Source: Felis catus (Eukaryota). From it: a DNA stretch of 64,000 bases. Below are positions 1 to 10,759 of this stretch, one piece after another. How positions within the stretch are numbered: position 1 is the stretch's first letter; each line of letters opens with the position of its first letter. The DNA is taken from assembly GCF_018350175.1 (NCBI RefSeq), contig NC_058368.1, positions 112,470,001 through 112,534,000 on the forward strand, in the 5' to 3' direction. Under the pieces are notes generated by a model. The model saw only the letters and a list, made by a program, of their open reading frames with translations, made no database searches and was not told where the DNA came from. The position numbers were made by a program, and so were the translations under genes.

Positions 1-863
1 AGAGTGAGCTGCTCTCAGGTAGGGACTCTGTCCCAGCACCCGGCACGGGGCCCGGCTCGCGGTAAGCGCTCAGTAGGAACTACCCCAAAGCCTGGTTTCC
101 AGACAGGCAATAGCTCCTTTCTTCAACAAGGTGGCCTCAGGCCCCTTTTCTTCTCTGAAAAGGAAGAGGAGTCTTCCCAGATACGGGGGATCTCCTCTGG
201 AGGCTGTTACGCATGTGGATGGGAGGAAGCATGAATCCAGGGCTCCCCTGAGGTCTCTCCCCGGAAAGCAGAGGGTGGCCTGCTCTGCTCTGCTTCAGTC
301 CACTTTGGCTAAGAGGCCTCCCCCTCACTCAGAGGGGACACCCGTGGGCCAGCAGGCCCCAGATGGAGGAGGACGTCTGGTCCAGACGGCAGACATACGG
401 CTGGGTAATCACGCCATCGAGCAGGTGACTTCATCTTGAGCGGGTGACCTGACCCTCTAACCCCTCTGGGGAGGAAGTTTCATGCTTAGGTAGTTTTCAC
501 CGTGTGCAGGATCCTCTCCCTCCAGTTCTATTGAAGGAAGAAGGTCTGCGATTGGGAAGCAGCAGAGACAGAGGGGAAAGACTTTGGATTAAATATCCTC
601 ATTTGGGCGGAAATGAGTTTTTGAGGGAACAGATGGAAAAACCACTCTCTCCCCTGTCAGTTGGGGCCAGTACGTCCCTATGGCTTCCTGGCAACAGCCC
701 ATAAATAATTCGAGCTCAAGGAAGCCATCTGCATGCGGGGACCTTTCCCTGATGACAGCGCTCAGTCGGGCTCCCAGAGGTGGATAGAGAATGAGGCAAA
801 CAGACCTGGGGGTGGCGTCGCCACACTGTGGTCAGTCAAGGAGGGGAGTGACCTGAGGCTAGC

Positions 864-868
864 GTGCG

Positions 869-903
<35 letters not shown>
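864..903. repeat. (CG)n(CA)n compound microsatellite
   Basis: gtgcgcgcgcgcgcacacacacac... directly visible. Confidence 0.95.
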
Positions 904-1955
904 TCTTGTATCCTCAGTTCTTCCAGCACACAGGCACAGGAGCTCAGAACATATCTGAGAGCAAAGCAAGAACAGACTCTGACCTGCCAGGATGCAGCCT
1001 CAAATCCCAGTTCTACTGTGACAGGAAACACCACCAATCAGATCCCGTCGACTTCCAGCCTAGAGCAGGGCTTCCTCACCCTCCTTGAGCCCGGAGCTCC
1101 TGATGCAAGCTGGGACCCTCTCCTAGGGACACAGGCGCCTATACTCAGTTTGAATGACCGCTCACCCTTGAGCCCCGCCCTAAGTACATTTCGTACTGGC
1201 TGGAATTCTTTAGCACTGCGAGCTTCTTGGCACCAAGTTCTCTGCCTCCCCAGCATCCCACTTGGACACACAGTCAATGTACACCAATAAAGATAGCATA
1301 TATTTATAAAAGAAATATAAAATATTTATATAAAATATACACCAGTAAATATAAAATGTGGGCCATCCCACAGCAGCCCAGTTTCTGAGCCTGTGACAGT
1401 GCACACGGGCTGTCTGTCAGAGGCACAGGGGTAGGCAGACAGCAAGGGACTTGAGAGAGCCGTCACCAGGCCTGATGGGGAAAGGCCTTCTGGGGTCTCA
1501 TGGTGTGGCCCACCCACCGGCGCAGATGGAAATGGTGAGAAGCCCCGCGGCTGTCAAGAGTGTGAGAAGACCTTTCCTCAGAACTCAAAACGTTTTTAAC
1601 ATGAGAGAATCCACCCCGATGGGAACCCCTGTGCCCTTGAATGACAGGGAAGGACCACTATGTGGGGTTTATAGTTTATATCCTTGTGTCGACTCGACCA
1701 CAAGGACACCTCATACAGAAAGTCAGTCTTGGAAGGTGGTTCTCAATAGCCTACACCTTTTTTGGAAATCATGGAATTTATACCAGTAAGTGATTAAAAA
1801 TAAAAGCCCTTCAGTCATCTTTCTAACCACCTTTTAGCTTGAGAAAAATCCTATTTGTGAACTTAGTTTTATTTCCTAATGCATCTATCATATTCGTGTT
1901 CATGTTTAAATTTGATTTGAATTTGATTTACTCTAAGACAAGAATTCAGGGTCTC

Positions 1956-2172
1956 TTTTTTAAATGTTTATTTATTTATTTTTGAGAGAGACAGTGAGAG
2001 CATAAGTTGGGGGGGGAGGGTGGGCAGAGAGAGAGGGAAACAGAATCCAAAGCAGACTCCAGGCTCTGAGCTGTCAGCACAGAGCCCGAGGCGGGGCTTG
2101 AACCCACAAGCCATGAGATTATGATCTGAGCTGAGGTCGGATGGTTAACTGACTGAGCCACCCAGTCACCCC
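1956..2172 (-). mobile_element. Can-SINE (SINEC_Fc type)
   Basis: Reverse strand shows tRNA-derived head GGGTGGCTCAGTCAGTTAA, GGTTCAAGCCCC B box, (CT)n body and AATAAA-rich tail. Confidence 0.95.
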
Positions 2173-2702
2173 CAAAATTCAAGGTTTTGATGAATGATGT
2201 CACCTCCAATCTTTTATCCCCCTGCCAGAAATTCAACAGTTACTTCCTCCCCTATTATGTTGTTTTGTCTTCTCAGAGATACTTTTGATTTTTATTCATA
2301 TCAGCTGTGTCTCATGACCATGTTTTCTCATCTTCTGTTCCTTTCATCTACCTAGCTGTGCTGGCACCTGTACCACACCCCATCAACTGGTGTTAATTTA
2401 ACATCTTTTAACACCTTGGAGTCAGATTTCTTTGCTTTTGAAGGTAACTTTTTTTCTTTTTGTGAAATTAACACTTTCTCCTTGTAAAAGTTTCAGAAAA
2501 TACAGAGAAGCAGGGGGGAAAAAAAAAGTAAAAATCATCGATACCTCTATCAACGAGGGACAACCTTGGTCAAATTATTGGAGCAGGTTCTGCCAGATTT
2601 TGTTTTTGAGGCAAATGTGAGCATATGTAACAGCTCATAATCTCCCTTAATCGTGCTAAAATAAATTATTCACAAGTCTCAAAATAAAAACAAAACAGGT
2701 GT

Positions 2703-3247
2703 TGTGGTAGACGGAATTTTGGAGGGGGCCTCCGTGACCTTGGCTCTCTAGTGTTACTCCTTTGTTGGCAAAAGGGAGATGATCCAGGTGGGTCCAATCT
2801 AATCACACAACTATTGAAAAGCAGAGTTTTCGCCAGCTGCGGGCACGGGCACGAGAGGACGTTAGGCCGACGTGGTGTTTTAGGACGGCTGGAGGCAGAG
2901 TTGTTCTTTGAATTCAGAGATGGTCAAGTGGAGAACAAAGCAGGCAGCCTTTAACAGTGAGGGTAGCTCCCACTGAGAGCTAGCAAGGAAATAGGGAATT
3001 AGAACCTACTACCCCAAAGAACTCAGCTTGACCACCCACCTCAAGGGGTTTGGAAATGGATCTTACTCCAGAACTTCCAGGTAAGAGCCGCCCCCCGCCC
3101 CCCCCCCCCCCCACCGCCATACTGTCAGCCTAGGGGATGCTGAGCAGAGAACCCACTCAGAGCACTCATGGAACTGGGCAACAGTTAGTGTTGTTTTAAG
3201 CCGCTACGTTTGTGGTAACTTCTTACACGGCAGTTGAAACTAATGTA
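2703..3247 (+). mobile_element. MaLR solo LTR (MLT1 family)
   Basis: Starts TGTGGTAG, ends TGTTGTTTTAAGCCGCTACGTTTGTGGTAACTTCTTACACGGCAGTTGAAACTAATGTA, the characteristic MLT1 3' end; near-TSD ggtgt/ggtat. Confidence 0.8.
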
Positions 3248-4548
3248 GGTATTTAAACTAGTGAATGATTAAAAAGGAAAACACATTTATCTTTCTAACT
3301 GTATTTTCAATATTAGGAAAATCACTTTGGGGAATAATCCTGTGGATTTAGTTTCATTTCTTTCTACTCGACATCTGCAGCGGCCTCTCGATTGCTCTGG
3401 TTCCAGGGAAAGCCTGTGTCAAGATGGGGTCTCTGGGGCTGGGATTCGGAGCCAGGCCGTGTGAGGCCCCATTGCGCACCCACTCCATGAAGCGGAGTGA
3501 TTGAGTGATTCCCTGCCCGTAAAGCTCTCTCAGATTCACAAGAGATTTGTTTTGAGCTGGGGGTGCTCCTAGGCACACCCCTGGTGGGCTAGCTCACCCC
3601 CAGGGCATCCACACAGTGTATCTGACAAATTAGGAGCCTGTGAGCATTCAGAGGGCCTCCTGGGAACAAGTCCCCACCTTTGCATTTTAACACACGGAAA
3701 AGCCTGCAAGTTGTTATCCTATAGCCACTAAGGGTGGCCTTAGGACTGACCCCTGAGAGAGAAATTGAATCACAAAGACTCTGGGGCTCCACCAATCTCA
3801 CCCTCTGGTGTCTATTGTAATAAACCAAGACCTCTCTTACTGAAAGCCTAGCTTTGTAAAGCCTTATGCTCCCTATGTTACACTAACCTTCTCTTTAATT
3901 ATTGTTTTCGTTTATGGAGGGAGAAGCTGAGGGTCCAAGAGATTGTGTAATGTACCCAAGGAGGCACCGTTAATGATTAAGTGGGGATTCTGATCCCACT
4001 CTGACTCTAGACTCTTGTCACCATTCACTACCTTGGGTAGCCACGGGGAAGGACTGCGTCAGCAACAACCCAGAGCAGTGCTTTTTATCCTGCTGCATGG
4101 TAGAGTCTTGAGCAACCTTCTAAAAGCCCTAGGCCTGGACTCCAACAGATACTTGGACATGAATGGTTTTAAGGGAACCTGTGCCTCAATAGTTGAGAAC
4201 TTCTCCTGGTGGTTTTAAGGTGAAGAACCAAGGTTCTCCGCCAGTGTTATGCAAAAGATCCTTACCAGGGCCCTCCTTACATACACAGATGCCTGGGCCT
4301 CCCTGGGAGACTGGTTCAGCTGGGGTGGGGTAAAGACCAAGAATTAGCATATTTCACCCCCAGCCGTGTGTGCTAAATAGCCGTCCGTGCTATTTAAACT
4401 TGCTGAAACTGAAGATTCCAATTCTAAGTCTGAGAAGGAACCTCAGAGTCTGCCTTTTAAACAAGTTTCCAGCTGACACGAACGGTACTGGTCCAGGGGC
4501 TACATTTGAAGTGGCCAATGTCCCAGCAGACTTAGAAGTACCCTAGAC

Positions 4549-4724
4549 CAATGTTTCTCAAAGTGTGGTCTGGGGACCAGCAGCATGGTGAGCAAACTTA
4601 ACAGAAAGGGAAACTGGGGGGCCCCACCTCAGCCTTACTGGATTAGAAATTCAGGGGGTGGAGTCAGCATTTTGAATAAACCTTCCAGGTAATTCTGATG
4701 TGGGGTATGTTTTGAGAACCACTG
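4549..4724. mobile_element. MER5-like hAT-Charlie MITE
   Basis: Terminal inverted repeats CAATGTTTCTCAAA / TTTGAGAACCACTG and internal GGACCAGCAGCAT...CCAGGTAATTCTGATG; a second degraded copy probably lies at about 4240-4520. Confidence 0.7.
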
Positions 4725-6059
4725 AGAAATCGGCCATATCTGGGATAGCAGCTCAGGGCTGGCAGAGAAGGGGTGTCTGCTCTCTTCGTTGTTTCTGCTT
4801 TGGGCTCCAAAGGCAAAGCTTTGTTTCCCCAGGAGGACAAGTCAGTGGAACGGGAAGCAGGCAAGGCTTCCAGCAGCCTCACTGGAACCAGCAAAAATTC
4901 CCTAGTTTCCTGACAAGGTCTGGGGCAGCCAGGTAGATATTGTGAGGCAAATATGGAAAACTGAACATTCTTGAAGGATGCAGCACAGTTAGGTCGAGTT
5001 TTTTCTCAGTGCATCAGTTTCTGGAGCCTAAATACCCTTTTCTGGAAAGCAGTGGGATTTCCCTGGCTTGAGGAAATAAAGCGAGCTCTTCTGTGAAAGG
5101 AGAGGGTGGGATTATTTCTCACTTTGAACATTGATTCAGTCTTTCTTTGAGTAAGTACATATTGAATGCCTGGTGTATACCAAGCCCTCTGCTAGGAAGC
5201 AGGGTGAGAAATGGCAGAAACATTTATTGTGTACCCCATCCCACCAACCCCCTGCCTACCCCAGAGGCAGGTGCCAGGATCCTCTCCCCTACAGGTCACC
5301 AGGTACCCTTTATAGGGACACATTCCTACATTCTGGGAACATCTAGCTTTTAAACAGGGGCCTTAGGGGGCATTCTGATGGGTTCCCCTTTTTTTTAAAG
5401 TAGAGCATGAAATAATAGGTATGCCTCTCTGAGCTGGAACCTTGCGTCCTGAAGAGAGAAGGGCTCAGGGCTGAAGGCGAAGGAGCAGGAAGTACAAGAG
5501 CCTGGGACCAATGGGGGCCCAGTGGCCTCTTCTGTCCAGGAGAACAAGTCCAGCCCTCCAGCTCCCTATTCCCTGAGCTGGGCAGTCACATGAGACCCCC
5601 TTCAAAGTCCACCTGTTCTGCCTGGCCCCGCACAGAGGTTTTTTACATAGCAGGACACCACCTGTAAGTCTCTTGATAGCTAAGGGCTGAGAGCTCCTCA
5701 CCGAAGAGAGAAGCCGTGTTTTAGGGATGCTGTGACAAGTCTGCAGCAGTGAGCCTCAAGGGCCAGCCAGCCGTGGAGGGCAGAGCAGAGGAGCACGCGG
5801 TCTCCACTTCACCCTCTGCCAAATACATAAATACGTGGATTTTTCACCCTGCAGTGTGGTTCCCCCCCTCCACCCCGCCATCCCTGCCCCAGCTGTTGGA
5901 TTAAGGATCTGGGTGTCTGCAGCCATCCTCCCCAGATTCAGGTTCAGGGATCCCAGGGAGCTCCTGTCACATCTCTCTGCCCCTCTGGAACATCCAGCTT
6001 CTGTATCCTTCTAATAAGACCCCAACAGGTTTGAGCATTTCCTTGCTTTTTTCATAGAC

Positions 6060-6870
6060 CATTAGCAGGGGACCCTGCCATGTGGAGGGTGAACTGGAGG
6101 GTGCTAAGACCAAGCAGGGAGCCCAGCTGGCTGCTGTCACGGAGTCTAGGTGAAAGGTGATGGAGTCAGGATGTTTGGGGACCAGGTTGCAGTGACAATG
6201 ATAAGTGATGGAATTAAAGATTTATTTTACAAAGTAAAATCATTAGGACTTGTTCATTAATGGCTTGAATGGGGGGCGGGGGGGGGATGACGAAGACCAA
6301 AAGATAGCATCCAAGTGGGTAGTGCTGCCATTTCCTGATGGGAAGGAGCGAGGAACATGTTTGGGTGGGTAGAGGGAGGGAATCAAGTGTCTGAGTTAAT
6401 CAAATTTGAAATGTCAGAGATATATCAGGTAAGCAATTGGATATTAAAATGTGAAGGTCAGAAAAAACCTGGGCTTGAGATCTGCGTTTGGAAATCATCT
6501 GCAGCCTGGGAATTTAATGCCTGGGGGTTGAGTAAGGTTACAGGGGGAGGGAAGAGGGCTGGATAGTCGCAGAAAAGATGGGAGAGCCATGGGGCCTTCA
6601 ATCCTTGGGAGTCCAGAGAACAAGAGTCCGCAGAGGAGACCAGGAAAGACAGGCCAGGAAGGCAGGTGGGAAAAGGGGACCAGTGGTGTCAGGAGGCTTA
6701 GAGCAGCAAGTGTGGCTGAAGTTGGTGGGACAGAATAAGGTTGGGAAAGGGAACTGACATTTGCACTTAGCCTGAGGGTACCTCAGCTGGAGAGAAAAGC
6801 TCTTAACCCAGTGAGAGGAGAAAAGAATTGAAGGCTAAGAAAATGGAGACAGAGGTGCTTTGCCAAGAAG
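6060..6870 (-). mobile_element. Old L2 LINE remnant
   Basis: Purine-rich degraded tract resembling antisense L2; boundaries approximate. Confidence 0.5.
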
Positions 6871-8376
6871 GGGCGGGGGGTGGAGGGGGGCGGGGAAGTG
6901 GGGGGGTGTTGTCAGGAGAGGACATGGGTTAGAAGGAACCTCTTTGTTGGTGTAGGTCCTAGTTTTGTTTTTGGAGGGTTGGACCATGCTAAGGCCAGTT
7001 TGTAGGACCATGGGAAGAACCCAGTAGAGGGGGAGAGGTCGGTGATGTGGGAGGAGGTTAGGGGAATCTGGGTCGATTGTGATGGACCCATGCTCCTTTT
7101 TCTGCGCCGGGAAGGTTCCTCCCAGATGCTGTGCTTGCTCGTGGGCTGGGGCTGCTTGCTGCTCGCTGCTCCCTGCTCCCAGTCCCCTTTCAGGATCTCG
7201 TGCCTATCCGGTAGGGAGCACAGGGGGTGCACCCGGGACCTCTGCCTCCCCGCCCCCCACCACAGTGTCGGAGGAAGGGGAGGCAAGCCCCTGGAGGCGG
7301 GGTGCAGAGGCAACAGGGCTGAGCGGGTGCAGCCAGGAGGCAGAACAGGGCGCCTGCAAAGACTCGGAAACATGCAAAGACTTAGAAGTGTGCTTGCACA
7401 ATGCATGTAGCCTGTCCAGAGTTAAGGGGGCTGGATAGCAGGCAGGACCGCTGGTCGCCTGTCCCGGAAGGGCTGCAGTGTTGAGACCAGGGCTCAGAAC
7501 TGTAGCCCAAGAGCACAATCATGTCAGGATCCCCTGCCCCACGCACAGTCTCAGCCTCCTGGGGCTTGTAGGGATTTTGTGGGGAACCAAGGGTCACCCC
7601 CCACCCCAACTGGACCTCTCCGCAGGGAATTTGGGCTGCGAGTATCTAACGCCCTCAAATGTGCCTTAACTCAATCTAACCTTGAAAGGGCTGGATGCCC
7701 TGGGTACAGCAGGGGTCAAAGATGCTGCCCTCCTCATGCAGTTTATATTCTAGAAAGACCCCTCACATTAAACAAAATCCCATAAAATGTCTAGGATTTG
7801 GGCAAGCGTTATGAGGAAACCAGTAAGGTACCGGGGTGGGGGGTGTAGATAAAAGGAGAGATTGCCTTTTGATTGGGAGGGAGGCATGTGTAGGGACGGC
7901 CCGTGTAAGACAGCAACAGGCTGCCACAGGAGGATTCTAGGACTTAAAAGCAAAATCTGGGGTAAGATAGGAGGGGGAGGTCTCAGCTGTGGTTGAGCCA
8001 GCAGGTCCTTGGGGAGCTTGGTATATACGAACAAAATAGTCTGGAAGGGTAAAATAACAATAAATGGCAGTAATTGTTATTAAAGTTCCGGAGGCTCTCT
8101 AAAACTTGAAATGAAATCCATGATCCATACTACACAGTTTTGATCTTGCCCCTTGACTCTCTTGTCTGGCATTTACCGCCCCCCCCCCTTCCCCCGCCTC
8201 GCCCCGTTGCAGGTATCTGACTGGTCAGCCTGTCATACAGAACTAGTCTGACTCTGGGCCCAGAAGTGACCCTTTTCATAATCTCCTTCAGGCTATCAAA
8301 GCTACACCAAAATATATTATCAACAGATAAGTAATGGGGCAAAATGAAGACTGAAAGAACATAATCTAAAATTCTC

Positions 8377-8411
8377 AAAAAGGAATTAATACAGAGAATT
8401 TGAGAACAAAA
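8377..8411 (-). terminator. Pol III terminators of the vault RNA (primary T4, back-up T5)
   Basis: TTTT at 8408-8411 directly after the terminal stem; TTTTT at 8377-8381 downstream. Confidence 0.8.
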
Positions 8412-8506
8412 GGGTCAGAAAGCACCCGCGGGTCTCGAACCCCAACGAGAGGGTTGGAAGGTTAAGTAACCACACGCGAAGTAACCGCTTGAGCTAAAGC
8501 CGACCC
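8408..8506 (-). ncRNA. VTRNA2-1: Vault RNA, orthologue of human vtRNA2-1 / nc886 (RNA Pol III, 99 nt)
   Basis: Minus strand reads GGGTCGGCTTTAGCTCAAGCGGTTACTTCGCGTGTGGTTACTTAACCTTCCAACCCTCTCGTTGGGGTTCGAGACCCGCGGGTGCTTTCTGACCCTTTT. Box A TAGCTCAAGCGG (8485-8496), box B GGTTCGAGACC (8431-8441), vault hallmark GTTCGAGACCCGCGGG, 7-bp terminal stem GGGUCGG/CUGACCC, TTTT terminator. Opposite strand to and upstream of SMAD5, as in human. Confidence 0.96.
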
Positions 8507-8590
8507 AAGCGCCAGGCTGCAATTTCAACCTCTCAACTGCAGTGGTGTGGAGTGACGTCTAGGGGCAGGGCTGCATTTCTCCACGCCCCC
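8507..8590 (-). promoter_or_regulatory. Upstream promoter elements of the vault RNA gene
   Basis: CRE-like TGACGTCT at 8553-8560 (-47 to -54), Sp/KLF box CCACGCCCCC at 8581-8590, AT-rich TTGAAATT around -15 to -22; vault RNA genes are known to use upstream CRE-like and TATA-like elements. Confidence 0.65.
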
Positions 8591-9031
8591 AGAGCTGCTG
8601 GCCTCGCCCAGTCCTGCCTGTTCCTCGGGAGCCTGTCCTGTTCTCTTGGCCCTCCCCTTCCCGCAGAGCTGAGGGAGGGGATGAGAATCAGGAGGGAGGG
8701 GATGGGTTTGCAGATCAAGGGCTATGAGAAGCAGCCAGCACTTGGAGAAGTCCTCCCCCGCTAGAAACTTGTCAAGGTGTCCTTGAGCAGGCCCGGGGAG
8801 CCCAAGTCTCAGTAAAATCTCCCCCGACAGCCTGTGATCTTGCCTAGGGCTAAGAGACAAGCTCATTTCATCTCTATGCCAGGCCCTTGAGCTGGCCCCT
8901 AGTGACGGAGTTCGTGATGTGCAAATGCTTTTGGGATGGGGCGTGAGTGAACTAATGAAGGATTATCCGGCTTCTGGACCCCAAGGTTCAGCCCAGAATT
9001 GAGCTCGGAGGCTCAAAACTTGAAAGCCTCA

Positions 9032-9242
9032 GGGCACCTGGGTGGCTTGGTCCGTTGGGCAGCCGACTTCTGCTCAGGTCATGCTCTCACGGTCTGTGAG
9101 TTTCGAGCCACATGTCGGGCTCTGTGCTGACAGCTCGAAGCCTGGAGCCTGCTTCAGATTCTGTGTCTCCCTCTCTCTCTGCCCCTCCTCTGCTCATACT
9201 CTGTCTCTCTCAAAAATGAATAAACAATAAAAAATTTAAAAA
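9032..9242 (+). mobile_element. Can-SINE (SINEC_Fc type)
   Basis: Full head, body and A tail; 17-bp TSD AAAACTTGAAAGCCTCA at 9015-9031 and 9243-9259. Confidence 0.96.
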
Positions 9243-9965
9243 AAAACTTGAAAGCCTCATAGCTCATAAGAAAGTCCTCTCTCAGGGATAAAGTAGGGCT
9301 AAGTGTCATTACTTTTTCCCATCCCGTGGCTGGTCTCCACTTCTTTCCTATTGGAGGATTCAGGAGCTGGATAGAGACCTGACATATACAAGTGTTAAAA
9401 AAGGGACTCAAACCTCAAGCATAATAACATAGCCGTTTAGAGCGTACAGCGCCATGAGAAGCTCCGGGTTAAGCTGTCTCATTTATACCCTAATTGGTAA
9501 TGTTGCCCCCTTTTGTAGACAAACAGACTCAGAGTTTAAGAAACTGAAACAGTAAGAAATGGAAAAGTGGCACAACTACTCAGTGACAGAACCACAGTTT
9601 GAACTCTAAGGAAAGGGGAAGAGTTATCTGCAAGGGTCTGTCTGCCAGTCTTACTTTAAAATGTTTCCAACATCTGGTAAGCTCCACCAGACAGATAAAC
9701 CATTTTATTCTTTCCCATTTCCCTGTGCCTGGCACAGCGTGGGGGCCACAGTAGATAATCTATAAACACGAGTGAGTGAGCAACAGGAAGAGTTGGACAG
9801 CTTTGTTCTAGAAACTGGCCTAGAAACTCGAAGCTCGTATGTTTGACTAATTGGTTTTTAAAAACATGTTGTGTGGAACAAAAACCGCACAAGCAGTTAA
9901 AGCCAGTACAGGTAATAAAAGCCACCCTTAACCTAATTTTAGGTATTCATCCTGATCCTTCCCTA

Positions 9966-10141
9966 TTTTTTTTTTTTTTTATTTTTAGACAGAAAAGTGC
10001 GTGCGTGACATGGTGAGGGAGGGAGGAGCAGAGACGAGGGAGAGACAGAATCTCAAGCAGGCTCCATGGGCCCACGGAGATCGTGACCTGAGCCGAAATG
10101 AAGGGTCGGACGCTTAACTGACTGAGCCACCCAGGCACCCC
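9966..10141 (-). mobile_element. Can-SINE with internal deletion removing box B
   Basis: Head GGGGTGCCTGGGTGGCTCAGTCAGTTAAGCGTCCGAC and poly-A tail on minus strand; the segment containing GTTCGAGCC is missing. Confidence 0.9.
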
Positions 10142-10740
10142 AATTACAGCTTTTTTTTTTAGTGAGTTGGCTGTGCCTCCTTCCTAGTCGTCTTTCTATA
10201 AATTTACGTAGGAAGGTAAAATTTAAATAAAAATAGCTTCATTTTGCTTATGTCTCTCTTTTGTTGGATAGGATGGGACTCCAGTGACCCAGCTTTGTGG
10301 GAAACTCAATTGTGTCCGGGAAACAATCCCACAACAGTGTCTGGAGCTCTCTCCTTATTTATAATAGCTCCCCCGGAGTACCAGGACATGAACCACGATG
10401 TATTTTGCCATTCCCCTGGTAGGATTAGACACTGAAGTTGTTTCTGGATTCTTACTTTGTTTGTTTTTAACCAGTTTTACAATCTTGCTCCGCTGAACGT
10501 CTTTGTACAAGTCTCTTCACGGAAACAGATGAGTGTTGCTTGAGGGTGAATTCTCAGCAGCCGACTTGCTGGGCAGGTGCATGGGATTCTGTCCGCTGCG
10601 AACTCAGTTCACCTGCCGCCAATCACGTCTCTGCAATCCAGCTGCTGGTCTGAGGTGGCTCAGGCTTTGGAGCCTGGGGTCTGGGTTGAGGAATAAGCAC
10701 TGGGCAGCAGACAGGGGAGGACTCAGCGGGTACGTTGCGG

Positions 10741-10759
10741 GTGCTCCCCCTGGTGGGCA
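10741..10759 (-). promoter_or_regulatory. Candidate CTCF binding site
   Basis: Minus strand TGCCCACCAGGGGGAGCAC, 13/14 match to core CCACCAGGGGGCGC, within a locally CpG-rich patch. Confidence 0.7.

Noticed and set aside
803..820. CTCF-like CCTGGGGGTGGCGT; also partial CCACCAGGGGTG matches near 3580 and 40212
   Set aside because: Several mismatches at key core positions, much weaker than the 10741 site
733..1290. 185-aa ORF
   Set aside because: Runs through a (CA)n repeat, low complexity, no recognisable domain
1..1360. Possible 3' end of TGFBI (donor-like GCG|GTAAGC at 61/62, AATAAA near 1287)
   Set aside because: No TGFBI C-terminal peptide is recognisable in any frame; TGFBI probably ends left of the window, and isolated signals cannot be assigned
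6912..7609. Cluster of overlapping 75-164-aa ORFs on both strands
   Set aside because: Expected in GC-rich DNA with few stop codons; no recognisable protein or splice structure
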